This document shows positions 1-13,000 of a DNA stretch of 64,000 nucleotides, piece by piece. Source of the DNA: Bugula neritina (lineage: Eukaryota; Animalia; Bryozoa). Every line of letters begins with the position of its first letter. Within the stretch, counting starts at the first letter, position 1. The position numbers and the translations under genes are program-made. Location of the stretch: contig OZ037767.1 in NCBI GenBank assembly GCA_964035545.1, positions 23,266,628-23,330,627 of the forward strand. Reading direction: 5' to 3'. The notes beneath the pieces are model-generated. The model was given only the letters and a program-made list of their open reading frames with translations, was not told the DNA's origin and did not search any database.

Positions 1-404
1 CTCCAGTTCAATCAGTCAGAAATACAGCCTAGTCTTAGTTAGAGGGGGGTTTGTGGAAACGTCTCAACCTTGTTAAAAATATTATTCTAGGCTAAGTTAT
101 ACCTGCCAATACCAATTCATAGATTTACTATCGATTAACTAGAATCAACAAGCTGTTTTGTTTCTATCAATAAGAGGAATAAATTTGACTTATTGACTAT
201 TAATAGCTGTATTGAGGTAATGAAGCAAAGAAGCACAATGGAGAATATGCAAAGTATGTAGATGCCTGATCAGATACAACAGAACCAACTGAGGGAAAGT
301 CACACACCGTATGATCTGTTTAGTCTGCAGCTTATTGCACCAGCCTTAATTAAATTCAGGTCTCTTAACCAGGGTACTTTATATAATAATCAGGGTTCTT
401 TATA

Positions 405-510
405 TACATACCAGAGTGCTTTATATACCAGAGTGTTTTATATACCAGAGTGCTTTATGTACTAGAGTGTTTTATATACTAGAGTGTTTATATACCACAG
501 TGCTTTGTAT
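405..510. repeat. ~17-bp minisatellite (TTATATACCAGAGTGCT)n
   Basis: About 6 direct copies visible. Confidence 0.85.
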
Positions 511-513
511 GAT

Positions 514-629
514 AAAAAGGGGTTTTTAAAGCAGGTACAGGAGCAATTATGATTGGATGCTCCGCCTAACATCACCAATGGCCTCTACTTGGGATCAAAC
601 CTGTGACCTCGAGTTTACTAAGCCAGCAC
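514..629 (-). mobile_element. tRNA-derived SINE fragment
   Basis: CAGGAGCAATTATGATTGGATGCTCCGCCTAACATCACCAATGGCC is the reverse complement of the SINE body. Confidence 0.75.
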
Positions 630-1025
630 AAACAAGAAGATAACTATTTAACAGTTATCTTCCAATCCTTAATCTTATTTTATACAACTTATAAAAAGTA
701 AAGTTTTTTTTAACTATTATGACTCTGCAACAATAAACTTCCAGTTCTCTTCTAGCATTATGGTCCGGAATTTACTAGAGATGTTTTGTAACGAAACCGT
801 TAAACATTGAGTCTATTTAAAACAAGCTAATTAACCTTAAATTATTATTAAAAAAAACTATGATACTCAATTTTCAACACTGATACTCTTTTCATTAAAA
901 TGACACCATAATAGTTTGCATAGAATAATTGAACAATCTTGTAAAGTAATAGGAATAGTATATATATAAGGTCTTATCAAGACTACTACTAATACAGTAT
1001 ATTAGTTTACAAACAGATATTTTAC

Positions 1026-4000
1026 CTTGATTGTCAGCTTCTGGAAACATTGATAACTGCCTTAGAATTTCTTGTACTGCAACTGTCAGCTTCTATAAAA
1101 TAGAAATGAATGAATATGTACTGTGCAGTGCTTTGACTAGAGAAGAAGGAGGATTGTGAAAAGCATATGGAAGAGATAGTTTACAGAAAAAGTAGTTTAT
1201 AAAAAAATTAATTATATAGAAGGTAGGTCATAGAAAAGAGCTGGTCCAATGAGAGAAGGTAGTAGATTAATAGAAAGTAATTTATACATGAAAAGGGCAG
1301 ATAATTCTGAACAAACAGGAAGTGAAACTTACGCCGACTTTCACTTGACTATCGGATATCTGGGCTCGATTAGAGAGGTCTACTCTTCGGTTGCTGACAG
1401 TTCGGTTGAGAGCTGCCAGCCGCTCCTTCAACAGCGACAGCGTTTCCTCTCGGTCTGAGGCCATCACCTGAACAGAATCCTCCCTCAGTTAATGGGTGAA
1501 GTATACAGCCAGATATATTGTGACATGTTAACATACTCATTGGGGATGTTCCACAATGCTTATTTCAGAATTATAGAGAACGTATTTTCAACTCAGCAAC
1601 ATGTTAAAAAGAGAACACAATTGCTGTTTACAAGATGCCACAAGGACAATATTTATTCTTTTTAAATTTGGCAACAAAACACCATGCTTTACAAACAGAA
1701 AGTAGCAAATATTTAAAAAACACAAGCACCTGTGACTGCTTGTCAAGTAGCAGAGACTCTTTACGAGGTGGAGGAAGAGGACAAGCTTCGAGACCAGTGG
1801 CGGCAGCACCGGCAGCACTCATATCTATCTGCAGGTTGTATCTGGGAACAGACTTGTAATCTTCTAAGAACACAGAATGCCTGGGCTCCTCAAATATGTT
1901 ATCAGAGTCCACAGCTGCAGAGAGAAACAGTTGTAAACATGAAACATGAAGGTAGGTGTTGCTAACATGGGTAATATATAGCCTGTATATATATAACTTA
2001 ACGCTACCCAAACAGGACAGAGTGGAGATAGGTGAAGATACAACTTACATGCACATGTACTTAGCTAATGTGTGTAACTCACCATCACTAAATCATAAAA
2101 CAGATAATGGAGAAAGAGTATTCCTTTCCCAAGTGCAGTATAGAGAGCTCAATGACTACATGGTGTTTATAAGCTTGATTATAATATAGTGTGTTATAAC
2201 CTTTGGCCCAATTTATTAGTCAGAAAATTTATCAACAGAAAAAACCTTGTAGGTATGTTAGAAATTTTATTAGCATTAAACTGTAAACATCGTTACTTGT
2301 TTCATTTTTGTATTTTCATTTAATAAAAGCTAAGTTTATAATGAATTTGAGGCAAGCCATTTTTCAGAGAGAAGTAGGTATTGTAACCATTATTGAGCCA
2401 ACTAGTATTAAATTCTGCTTCCAAAGATTCCAGGATATTAAGCATGAAAAACAAATGAACGAAAAGAAACATCTCAGAAACTATACCTACAGTCATACCA
2501 AAGCTGATGGCTTTTAGTGGCTTACTTGTAACACCAAACTTATTGCATTAGTACTGTCTTAATGTTAGAGTGTAACCAAACTAGCTAGATTGAAAACCAA
2601 GTTTAACTTGCATAAAGCAATCATTATATGTTTACAACACTCAATGTGCATAACAACCTACAGAGTGAGTTGCTAATGGTGTGACCAAAAGTATCCCATT
2701 TCTTGGGCTTCAATGGAAAAGTTGGATTAGCGTTTATCATACCACCCTAGCAATAATACAAGTTGATCTCACACTAAATGTCACCTTAGTGTCCTGAACG
2801 AAAATGTTACATTTATACCCTATTTATTTGGTAGCAACTTCAAGCATTGCAAACTGTTAACACAAATTAGGCAGGCTTACGACTGCAACAAAGCATTAAA
2901 AGCATACCAGTAGGCAAAACATGGCTTGTTTTACATGCAACAATTTGGTAAAGACTCCCCTCCTAATAAATTTTCAAAAGATTTGACCAGTAAAATTTTT
3001 TCGTAAGAAATGAGTTGTGTTTAAATAAATTTTGGAGTTATGCTATCAATTAATATATAATCTGTAAACGATAAAATAAAGAAAGGTAGCAAGAAGGAAT
3101 TTTGACTGAAAATAATAATTTGAACAGACATGAGCCAACAAACCATGTGTTGCTTACTGGTGCAGCTGCTTCAGTAAAACTGATGAACGTTGCCAAAGGT
3201 ACTACAGATTTAACAGTCATATCTAAATCCCATCTCTATTTCACAGAAAAATCAGTTTTATTTTCTACTAAAATCTCACCAATTTAAATATGACTGACAT
3301 TTAAATAATAATAATAATAATATGTATGGTGATACAATAAAGCTTTACCTTCAGGCGGGTTGGCGTACCCTAGCCGACCTAACAAACAGGAAGTTGAAGC
3401 TATACGTGAGCACATGCACAGTCATAGAGTAATGATAATGACCTGGCACATGTATAGTGTGCAGATTGATAGCTGGCAAACGGAGGGGGAGAACAGACAG
3501 ACACACAGACAGACACACAGACAGACACACAGACAGACACACAGACAGACACACAGACAGACACACAGACAGACACACAGGCAGACACACAGACAGACAC
3601 ACAGACAGACACACAGACAGACACACAGACAGACACACAGGCAGACACACAGGCAGACACACAGACAGACACACAGGCAGACACACAGGCAGACACACAG
3701 GCAGACACACAGGCAGACACACAGACAGACACACAGACAGACACACAGACAGACACACAGGCAGACACACAGGCAGACACACAGACAGACACACAGACAG
3801 ACACACAGACAGACACACAGGCAGACACACAGACAGACACACAGGCAGACACACAGACAGACACACAGACAGACACACAGGCAGACACACAGACACACAC
3901 ACAGACACACACACAGACAGACACACAGACAGACACACAGACAGACACACAGACAGACACACAGACAGACACACAGGCAGACACACAGACAGACATGAGA

Positions 4001-7000
4001 GTTGAAAAAACACAATATTCGTCAGAGTCAGAGCATTAATAATTACAGCTTAAAATCAATTCTTCATAATGCACAGATATAAAGAATTGATGAGATAAAC
4101 TAAGATTTACTGTCACTATACACTATATACACTATACACACTGTATACACTATACACACTGTATACACTATATACACTATATACACTATACACACTATAT
4201 ACATTGTATATAGTGTATACAGTGTATACACTATATACAATATACACACTATGCATATAATTCCTGGTTACATGCCAGCTACCCCTAAAATTGTACTAGA
4301 ATACTCTAAAGTAATCCAATGTACTAAAATACTCTAAAGTAATGCACTGTACTAAAATACTCTAAAGTAATGCACTGTACTAAAATACTCTAAAGTAATG
4401 CACTGTACTAAAATACTTTAAAGTAATGTACTGTACTAAAATACTCCACAGTAATCCATTGTACTAGAATACTCAAAAGTCTAAAGTAATGCAGCCTGAT
4501 AGTGTATATGCCCGAGCATCACAGTTGCATATAATAAATAAGACCAGCACCTGTGGCCAGTGTCTCCTCAATGCTAGAGTCAGAGTCTGCTCTGTTTAGC
4601 TGGCTCCTTTCCTTCAGCGCAGACCACTTTATGTTGAGACGTCTGTAGTGGGCCTCCAAACCCCGAGGAAGAATAGCAGAGTGCTTCTTGTACAAGAGCA
4701 GCACTTCTCTGTACCAGGCATTCAGTGTTTCTATGGTAATGGCCTGATCTCTTGGATAGGAGCTTTTTATCTGATTAAAGACAGGACAACATAAAGACAC
4801 CAATTAGACTGGTCAGTAAAAAGAAGTTAAATTATCTGCAGTCAATACAAAATGGTTTATGAGAAGACTGGTAAATTATGTACGCAGAATAATGTACAAA
4901 AAACAAAAGAATATGTAAGAAATATTTACAATTTCTTTCAAACTTTATTAGAACATGTAAGAATAAAATGTATGACACAATGTACTGTCCGTGCAATAAG
5001 GCACAAGTCTACACTTGCCTTTAAACACTACGCAAGTGTGAAAAATCTGTAGAATAAAGTATTTAATAGAAAAACTATAGCTTGAATTTTCAGAGACAAA
5101 CTTACACGAGCAAAGTTGTCTTCTCCTAGTTTAGAGGATATCTCCTGTATAGCATCCCACAACTCCTGGTTTAATTTACCAATTTCAAATAGTAGATCTT
5201 CAAGATTTTGAATGCACGACTCCAGGTATTTTATTCTGTCTTCAATACTTTTGTTTATCTACAGAAAGAGAAGCCAGCATAGAGCATACCCTAGTGGAAC
5301 TCTAAGAACAACCCTCACTTTGACATTGTATGCTAACATATCCACCGGCTTTCTGTCAAATGAACTCAGCCTGACTGCAATTAGTTCAAAACATAGAAAC
5401 AAGTCCAAGTTCAAAATCAGCAGGTTTGAGGTCACCTATTTGTCTGGCTCAAACTCAGTTCAACTGTAGGCCAATCAGTTTATGAGAAAGAGTGAGTCAA
5501 ATTTGAGAAGCTCATACAAAAACGTAAAACAAGTAACTTACCTTCACAAACTTGCTTCACATTACTAGCTAAAAATAAGTTATTAGTAAAAAACAAATGC
5601 ATCTATTGGTATCAGCATTTGTGTTAAATGGTCCATATTATCATCCTCAGCTGCCAGCAAAGTAAGATGATGTGTTACAGAATTGTAAACATGTACAATA
5701 TTATAAAGAGTTGGCGAAACAAAAGAAAATCCATAGCTGCACTATAGTTAATTTAATGTAAGTACTTATTTTGTTCACACGTAATAAAGCATTGACAGCT
5801 GACCGAAATATACAGAACCATATTATACTGCAGTGATATAAGAGGAAGATATATTCACATAGCTGATGTTCAAATTGAAGTTATTGCTTCACAGACTGTA
5901 GTCAGACTGAGTTCATAGAAAACCGGTGAAGCTAACATAACACACACAGACACAGCATCTAAACACAGCATCTACGCACAAACACAGCATCTACACATAC
6001 ATAAACACAGTAGCTACACACTAACACAGCATCTACACATACATAAACACAGTAGCTACACACTAATACAGCATCTACACACAAACACAGCATCTACACA
6101 CTAACACAGCATCTACACACTAACACAGCATCTAAACATACCTAAACACAGCATCTACACACAGTAGCTACACACTAATACAGCATCTACACACAATAAA
6201 AGTAATAGTAGAATCTAACCATGCCCCACTTCCTGTTGATCCTCTGCATGTCTCTGCCCAGCTTTTCCTTGTCGTCTGCTTTGAGACCGGGTAGATTCCA
6301 CAGATCCTTAGCACTTCTAGCAACAAAGTTAACAGCTTCCTTCTTGTGAGGCAGCTCCTCCCTTCGTGCCTGAAACAGCATACAAAACCGTGTGAAGCTA
6401 CTTTATTGATAATTCACAAGATTATGAAACCTTAAGTCTAATATTTTAGATGTGCATTCACTAATCTAAATATTATATTAACAAGTATTTGAGTTTCAGT
6501 CTTATGCTAAAATCAACTTTCAATAGTCTGAGCACACATGAAAATGTTTCGTAACAAAATACTTAAAAGATAGTCATCAGTGAAATGTAATGTTATTCAA
6601 CTCAGACATGGACGGATAGTGTTACTCAGTTACAGTAGGTAGTAGTATCTGAACAGAAGTCAAAATGGTAGTTCTCCTGCTTTAAACACTAACAGTTGAG
6701 TTCAGCTGCTGCTCATATAATCAGTGTTTGATCTACTTGGCCATGTAATACACTCTAACACAATACAGAGTCGCACACACATACATCACTCACAATCTCA
6801 TATTTCATAAGGAACAGGGTTTTGGTTTCTGATATTTGTTTAATGTCAGGTTTTTAAACAGACTTTTGTATAACGACGGTAAATAATTGTAATGTTGAAG
6901 GTAGATGATAGAACCAAGGTGACATGGCAACACTGCAAGTCTGCAGTATGATTATCCAGTTAGTGAATGATTAGTAATGAGTAGCTAGTAGTGAGTAACT

Positions 7001-10000
7001 AGTAGTGAGTAACTAGTAGTGAATAACTAGCAGTGAGTAGTTAGTAGTGAGTAACTAGTAGGTAGTAGTGAGTAGTTAGTAGTGAGTAATTAGTAGTGGG
7101 TAACTAGTAGTGAGTAACTAGTAGGTAGTAGTGAGTAGGTAGTAGTGAGTAGCTAGTAGTAAACTACCTTGACCCTATCAAGGGTGTCCTTTAGACTCAG
7201 CTCATTTGTATAGTCAGGTGATGACATGAGTATAACCTCAGTCTCATCTAACCAGAAGGATAAATCATCCATCACATCTAAACACTTGCCAGACTCTGCC
7301 ATGCTGTCCAACCTAACAATATGTGAAATATGTATACAAACAGGTGCGGAATTTTAACATGATAGCTGCATGTGACTAAACTACCCACCTACGCTACTTA
7401 CAATAGACCATCCACCTATTTCAAGAAAATAGTAAGTAACTTTAGAGTAGCGTTGCAGTTTAAAAGATATCTTATATGACTTGACATGGAGGACATTTCA
7501 ATACAAGAGTTTGCACAGCTGATCAACTTACACACCATTGAAAAGGAATTGATAATTGTACAGGATGAATATTTTCTGTAATCTAGCAGAAAAACAAATA
7601 TTGAATCTTTCCAACAAATCTTAGATATGAAGTAGCCATTCATTCAACCAACAAATGTGATTAGCAATAAGAAAACTCTAGAGTTCCCTAAGATTTTATT
7701 CTTCTCTACTATTTACTGTAAATCACTATCAACACAGCTGACAACATATCCTATTTCAAGTATACCACAGGTCTACCTTCCACCTTGCTCCTGGATGTGA
7801 GACCGAACTCTTCTAATCCAAAGAATGCAAGACTTTGAATAAAAATTATACTTCCAGAATGGCCTACTTCGGCTCATATTTACACTACCTAGCAGGCACT
7901 TGTTCAAAGTAATAGTGGCCTATATACCTGACCTGCACGCCTAGTAACTCACTAGTGAAATGAGGCATGATCTACCGACTTGTATCAACACATTTATCAT
8001 TCGTCATCTGACTGTTTACAACTAGCCTCACTCGCATCTCATTTACATTGCCAACGAATTTACATAAAATACATCAACTGTGACAATCATAAAGAAAGCA
8101 CTGCATTTCTCTATTGCATATTAATATGTATACAGTATATGGCTACACTTGACTCCCAAGTTCCATATGATAGGAATTCAACAAAAGCATTAGATAATCT
8201 AAACTCTGAATCTATACTCTTACATGTGACATGTAAGAAGTTATTAGTCGAGTATTGCAGAACCTGAAGTATGGCTACAGAGGAATGCAGTGACCAGTGT
8301 AATATAGCAATATGACAAGTTACATCAAGTACCCACTATGTAGCCTACCACACCATAATAGAGCCTTTACACAGAATATTTACATACAATATCATGCTGT
8401 GATATAGCAAAGTAATACTGGAATGTAATATACTATTACTAGTTCAACACAGCCAAAATCACCAGAGAAGGACAACAGAGCTAAACAGCAAACAAAGTAT
8501 AAAAGTCACAATCATGGATTCAGAGTTGTACAAATTAGCTGCAGAAGAGGAATTAGAGAAAATAATAGCAGGAAGAAAGAAAATAATATTTTAAGGAGAT
8601 GTGAAGAGCCTTAACTAGCTCTGTGCTATGTTGCCACTATGAATATTACAGGGTGGTAGTGTATGCAATGCAGTAGTGCAAGTTATGTGTTGTTATAGGG
8701 CTATGCCTTTGAATACCATAGAACTGATTGCATAAAATGGGAGTACATCTCATTATGTTTTTATAAGTTAACACATATACACAGGCTGGTCCCAACTATT
8801 TTGTAATTTGGCGTCAAAATTTCATTCGTTGACTCTACTAAATAACAAACTATACTTTAGTTGTTACAATTTTAAGAAAATTATCTTAAATAAAATGGGT
8901 TGACAATTCCCAACTGATTGAATAGTTTATGTAGTTTAGATATTTAATATTTAATAACTTACATATATAATTCAAATATACAGCAGTTATTTAGTATGAA
9001 TCTTATAACCAACCAACAGTTTATTGATTGGGGTTTTCTACTGACAATCCTCACCTTTTAAAATTGCAGTTGCAAAAATTTCAACTTAGAAATTCAGCTT
9101 TCGTACTTATTGAGCATTTTTATTAAATCTAGCATGTGCAGGCAAGTGTTCTTAGTACGTATTCAAAGGATTGATTGTATTAACCCCAGTGCTCCGAGCA
9201 AAATGAATACCACTGAGTTCATATACTTGTGTGCTATGTGAAAGTTGTGAAGAGTAGATCTACAGATATGGTTTCCCCGTAAGCTACACTCTTTGATGTT
9301 CCTTCCAAAAAACTAGCGTATTGTAGATGCAACAATAATAGCAAAAACATCAAAATGATTGTTAATTTGGTAATATTTAAATAATAGGTCATGTAAGTAT
9401 ATACTATAATTTTGTAGAAACAAAAAAAAATTTTTTTATGAATCTACTGAAGGTGAAGCACAACTTGTTCTAGATTGATAATGCACTTGTACCTGCATGT
9501 CAGCTTATGCAGAGTGGTGGTGGTATTATAATATTTTTGCAGCTTAATCTGAAAAATCTACTTGACTACCACCACATAACCAGCCACTTTTTGATGGCAA
9601 GAAAATTGGTGGTGGCCAATTGGAAACCAAATCTGCCTTTACATGCTTCAGTTTGCCTAAATTAAAGAATTTTCAATTGAAAGGCCATTACTTGGAAAAG
9701 CATTAGTACTCCTGAAGTATAAGATTTACATGTTTTTTTTTAGGTTTCGTGAAATTTGTCTCAAAATCTGATCTAGCACTGCCTTTGCTAGCCACAACCG
9801 TTATTAGGTTACCTACAGGGCCAGGTAGAATAACTTGGCTAATAATAATCACCAGGAGTAAGTACCAACTATCAGGTGTAAGTAAACTGGCGTGAGGAAG
9901 TTTACCTGTCAGAGATTTCCTTGGCAGCCTGCCAGTGCAAGAAACTGGCTAATCTTTGAAGAAAGACACTAAAGTACGCAACCGATATAATAGTACAAGT

Positions 10001-13000
10001 TAGTTAGAGGAGGGTATTGTTAAAAACAGAAGGCTACACTCTTACCCATTCAATGTACTTTTCATACTGAAAACATCAATTACAGTTTAATAAAACGTTA
10101 AATATTAGGAACATTTAAGTTATTCTACTTAATAAAGAAACACCCCATGAACATCACAGTATTAACAGCAGTAAGCATTCTATCAATACCCATCAATATC
10201 TTATCAGTGTATTATATCAATATTTATCAATATTATTTAATATCTATAAATATCATTTTATATCAATATCATATCAATCGAAGTGAGTTTTTTAGTTTTG
10301 CACTTTATATTAAATTGCCTCTCTAGGAAATAAATTAAACTCTATAAGCTCTAATATACCTCTATACTTTATATATATTTCGCTAGAAAACCCTTGCCGT
10401 ACCTTGGCTTGCGACTTCTTATCTCAGCAGTAATTTCCTTCCACCGAGTCGTGACAGCCGACACCTTGTTTGTGATTCGCTCAGCGTCTGCAGGTTTAAG
10501 TTTGGAAGCCAAAGGCACAGCAGTTCGAGCTAGGTTGTGTAGAATAGCCTGGTGTTCTGACATGCTATCTTCTAGCTCCTGAGAAGTAGACCACAAGCTA
10601 CACCAGCAAATAATGGAAGGTGTAGGAGTTGTCTTTACAACACTAACTGATGTGGTTTGTGCATTGCGAGCATCGGAACAAGGAACAGTATCACGCATAA
10701 AATGGATTGAAGTAAATGAAATTTCACAAAAAATACAAGACTATAAAAATTCAACTATGGTCGCATACATATAAAAACAATTTAAATGTATGTAGTTCTT
10801 ATGGAGCTAAGGTAAACAATTAATATGGTGGTTTTTCTAAGCTTCAAAAAAAATTTGAAAGATTAGCCTTAAATTGCATGAAACCTAAATTTGAAAGCAT
10901 TGCTTGTAAACTGAGAGCGTTGAATTGCCCTCGAAGGGTGCTTCAAAAGCAAGCAGAATGTAAAACTATAGAAGCTGCAGAAAAATTACCTGCTACAGAA
11001 AAATTACCTGCTGCACAAGCTTAGCCTGAGAAATAATCAGTTCTCCCGATTTATCACGACCACGTTTTAAAACTTTGTCTGTCTGTTCTATCCAGGTGGT
11101 GATGACCTTTTGTAAATTGTGAAACTGAGTCCACAGTGTCAGAGCTTCATCAAAGTTCCTACAAAACACAGCAACTGTAAATTTTGTTCCTCAAGAGAGA
11201 GAGAGCAACTCTTAAGGCTACAAATCCCACATGCCTAAGAAAAGACAACTCAAAATAATTAGTAAATGTAGCAAAGTCTAAGATATTAGAATGCCAGTAT
11301 CTACAACTATCATTTGCAGAATTAATTAGTATGTCTGGAAATATACACAGCAGCTACGCTGATCTGCAGATAGCTATTACCAACCTTTGCAGACGACTGT
11401 AGTCTGAGTTCAATGTATTCCAAGTATCATTCAGATTTCCTAATGCATCATCTAATGCAGAGCTACTGATATTTTGTACGTTTATGCTGGACTCTGCGGA
11501 CTTGATATCTTCTTTCAGTACATCCATGGAGATACGTACAGACTATATAAACAGAGCAACACATTATACTTGCCGTGTTAACACCAAAACAACAAATTAT
11601 CTGAAGTATTAGTGCTTCACTAAAAGAATATTTCATTTTGAGTATCACGATCACATTGCAAATCATTGTAAAGTGATGAAAAATAGATTAGAGGAGACCA
11701 TTTCTTTTAGTTAAAAAGGGCACAGAAAACCAAAAAAAAAATGCATCTAAATCGGTTATTTGCTATAGCTATTGCAGACTACAAGGTATAAGGAGAGGGA
11801 AACTTTACAAATTTTACTGAAAGATGTATTTAAATTAGAATATTTATTAAGCACTCCTTCAAAGTAAATCAACTAAAGTTGTAGTTGTGAAGCTTACATT
11901 TTAGAGTCTATTTTGTAGATTTCGTGTTTCGAATAAAGTTTAAACCACAAAAAATGAGAACAAATTTATTGCTGACTTTCCAAAGAAGAACATTAAAAAA
12001 TGTGAAAGAAGATTCTCATCTTCATAACAGACCAGCAACTATAGAACACAATTATACTATGGTAAACACAGTACTAAATTGAAGAACTAGTTGTGGCATT
12101 AGGGCCTATATAGGATGTAATACAGTTAAAGAACTTGTGGTGGCTTCGCAAGTGGTTTATGACCAGTAAAAAAGATGACCCAGTCTTTGTATATACCAGC
12201 TTTAGACTAGCATTGATAAGCAATAAGTGCAGATATCTTTGGTGGTGGAATTTCAGCTCTACTTGAATTGGTAGCTATTAGATACTTGGGTTTCTCATTA
12301 GTTGTAGGAAAACTTAAGGCTGCTGCTTTTAACACTTGGGCTAAAAATTTTAGTTTATCAGGTTTCAAGTTCACCATCAAAGTAAAAAGAGTATAATCTT
12401 ACACCAATAATAGCATGAAACTCTACTACTGGATTTTCAAGCAAAAAATGTTTTAAAGGAAAATATGCTTCTAGTACAACTACTATATACGGCACTAAGG
12501 CTATGGTGCTGAGGAGCAGTGACCGACAACTCCAGTTGGTATCACAGGTTCATCTAATGACAGGTCACCAACATCTCTATCTAACAATCTAAATATAACT
12601 TTGAGGCAAAGATTTAGCACAATGACCCAATCTAGTATGTATTTATGAATTTAACAACAAGGTATGAAATTAATAAATGAAACTAGGTTAGCTACACTTT
12701 ATATAGGAACTTTATCTTATCAGCTAAATTATTAGGATTTATTTACAACAAGGAGTGCTGTAGTTACACTGTAGTATCAAATGTGTAAACATAGATGGAG
12801 CCTACATGAAAGGAGACAACTTCAATATCACATTGACAATATTTACTGTATGATAAAAGTGCTGTGTCTATAGCACAAAAATAGACATTAAAGGTTTAAT
12901 TAAAATATAATAGAGATCATGTATAAAATATTTTATAGGGAGCAGCCGTGGTCTAGGGGTTAGAACGTTTGCCTAGTAAGCACGGAGTCATGGGTTCGAA

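Noticed and set aside
3351-4015. Five overlapping 180-220 aa ORFs (QTHR, CLSV, CVCL repeats)
   Set aside because: Translations of a stop-free 12-bp minisatellite inside a dystrophin intron.
12490-12590. GC-richer coding-looking patch in an intron
   Set aside because: All phase-compatible frames hit stops; no usable splice pair.
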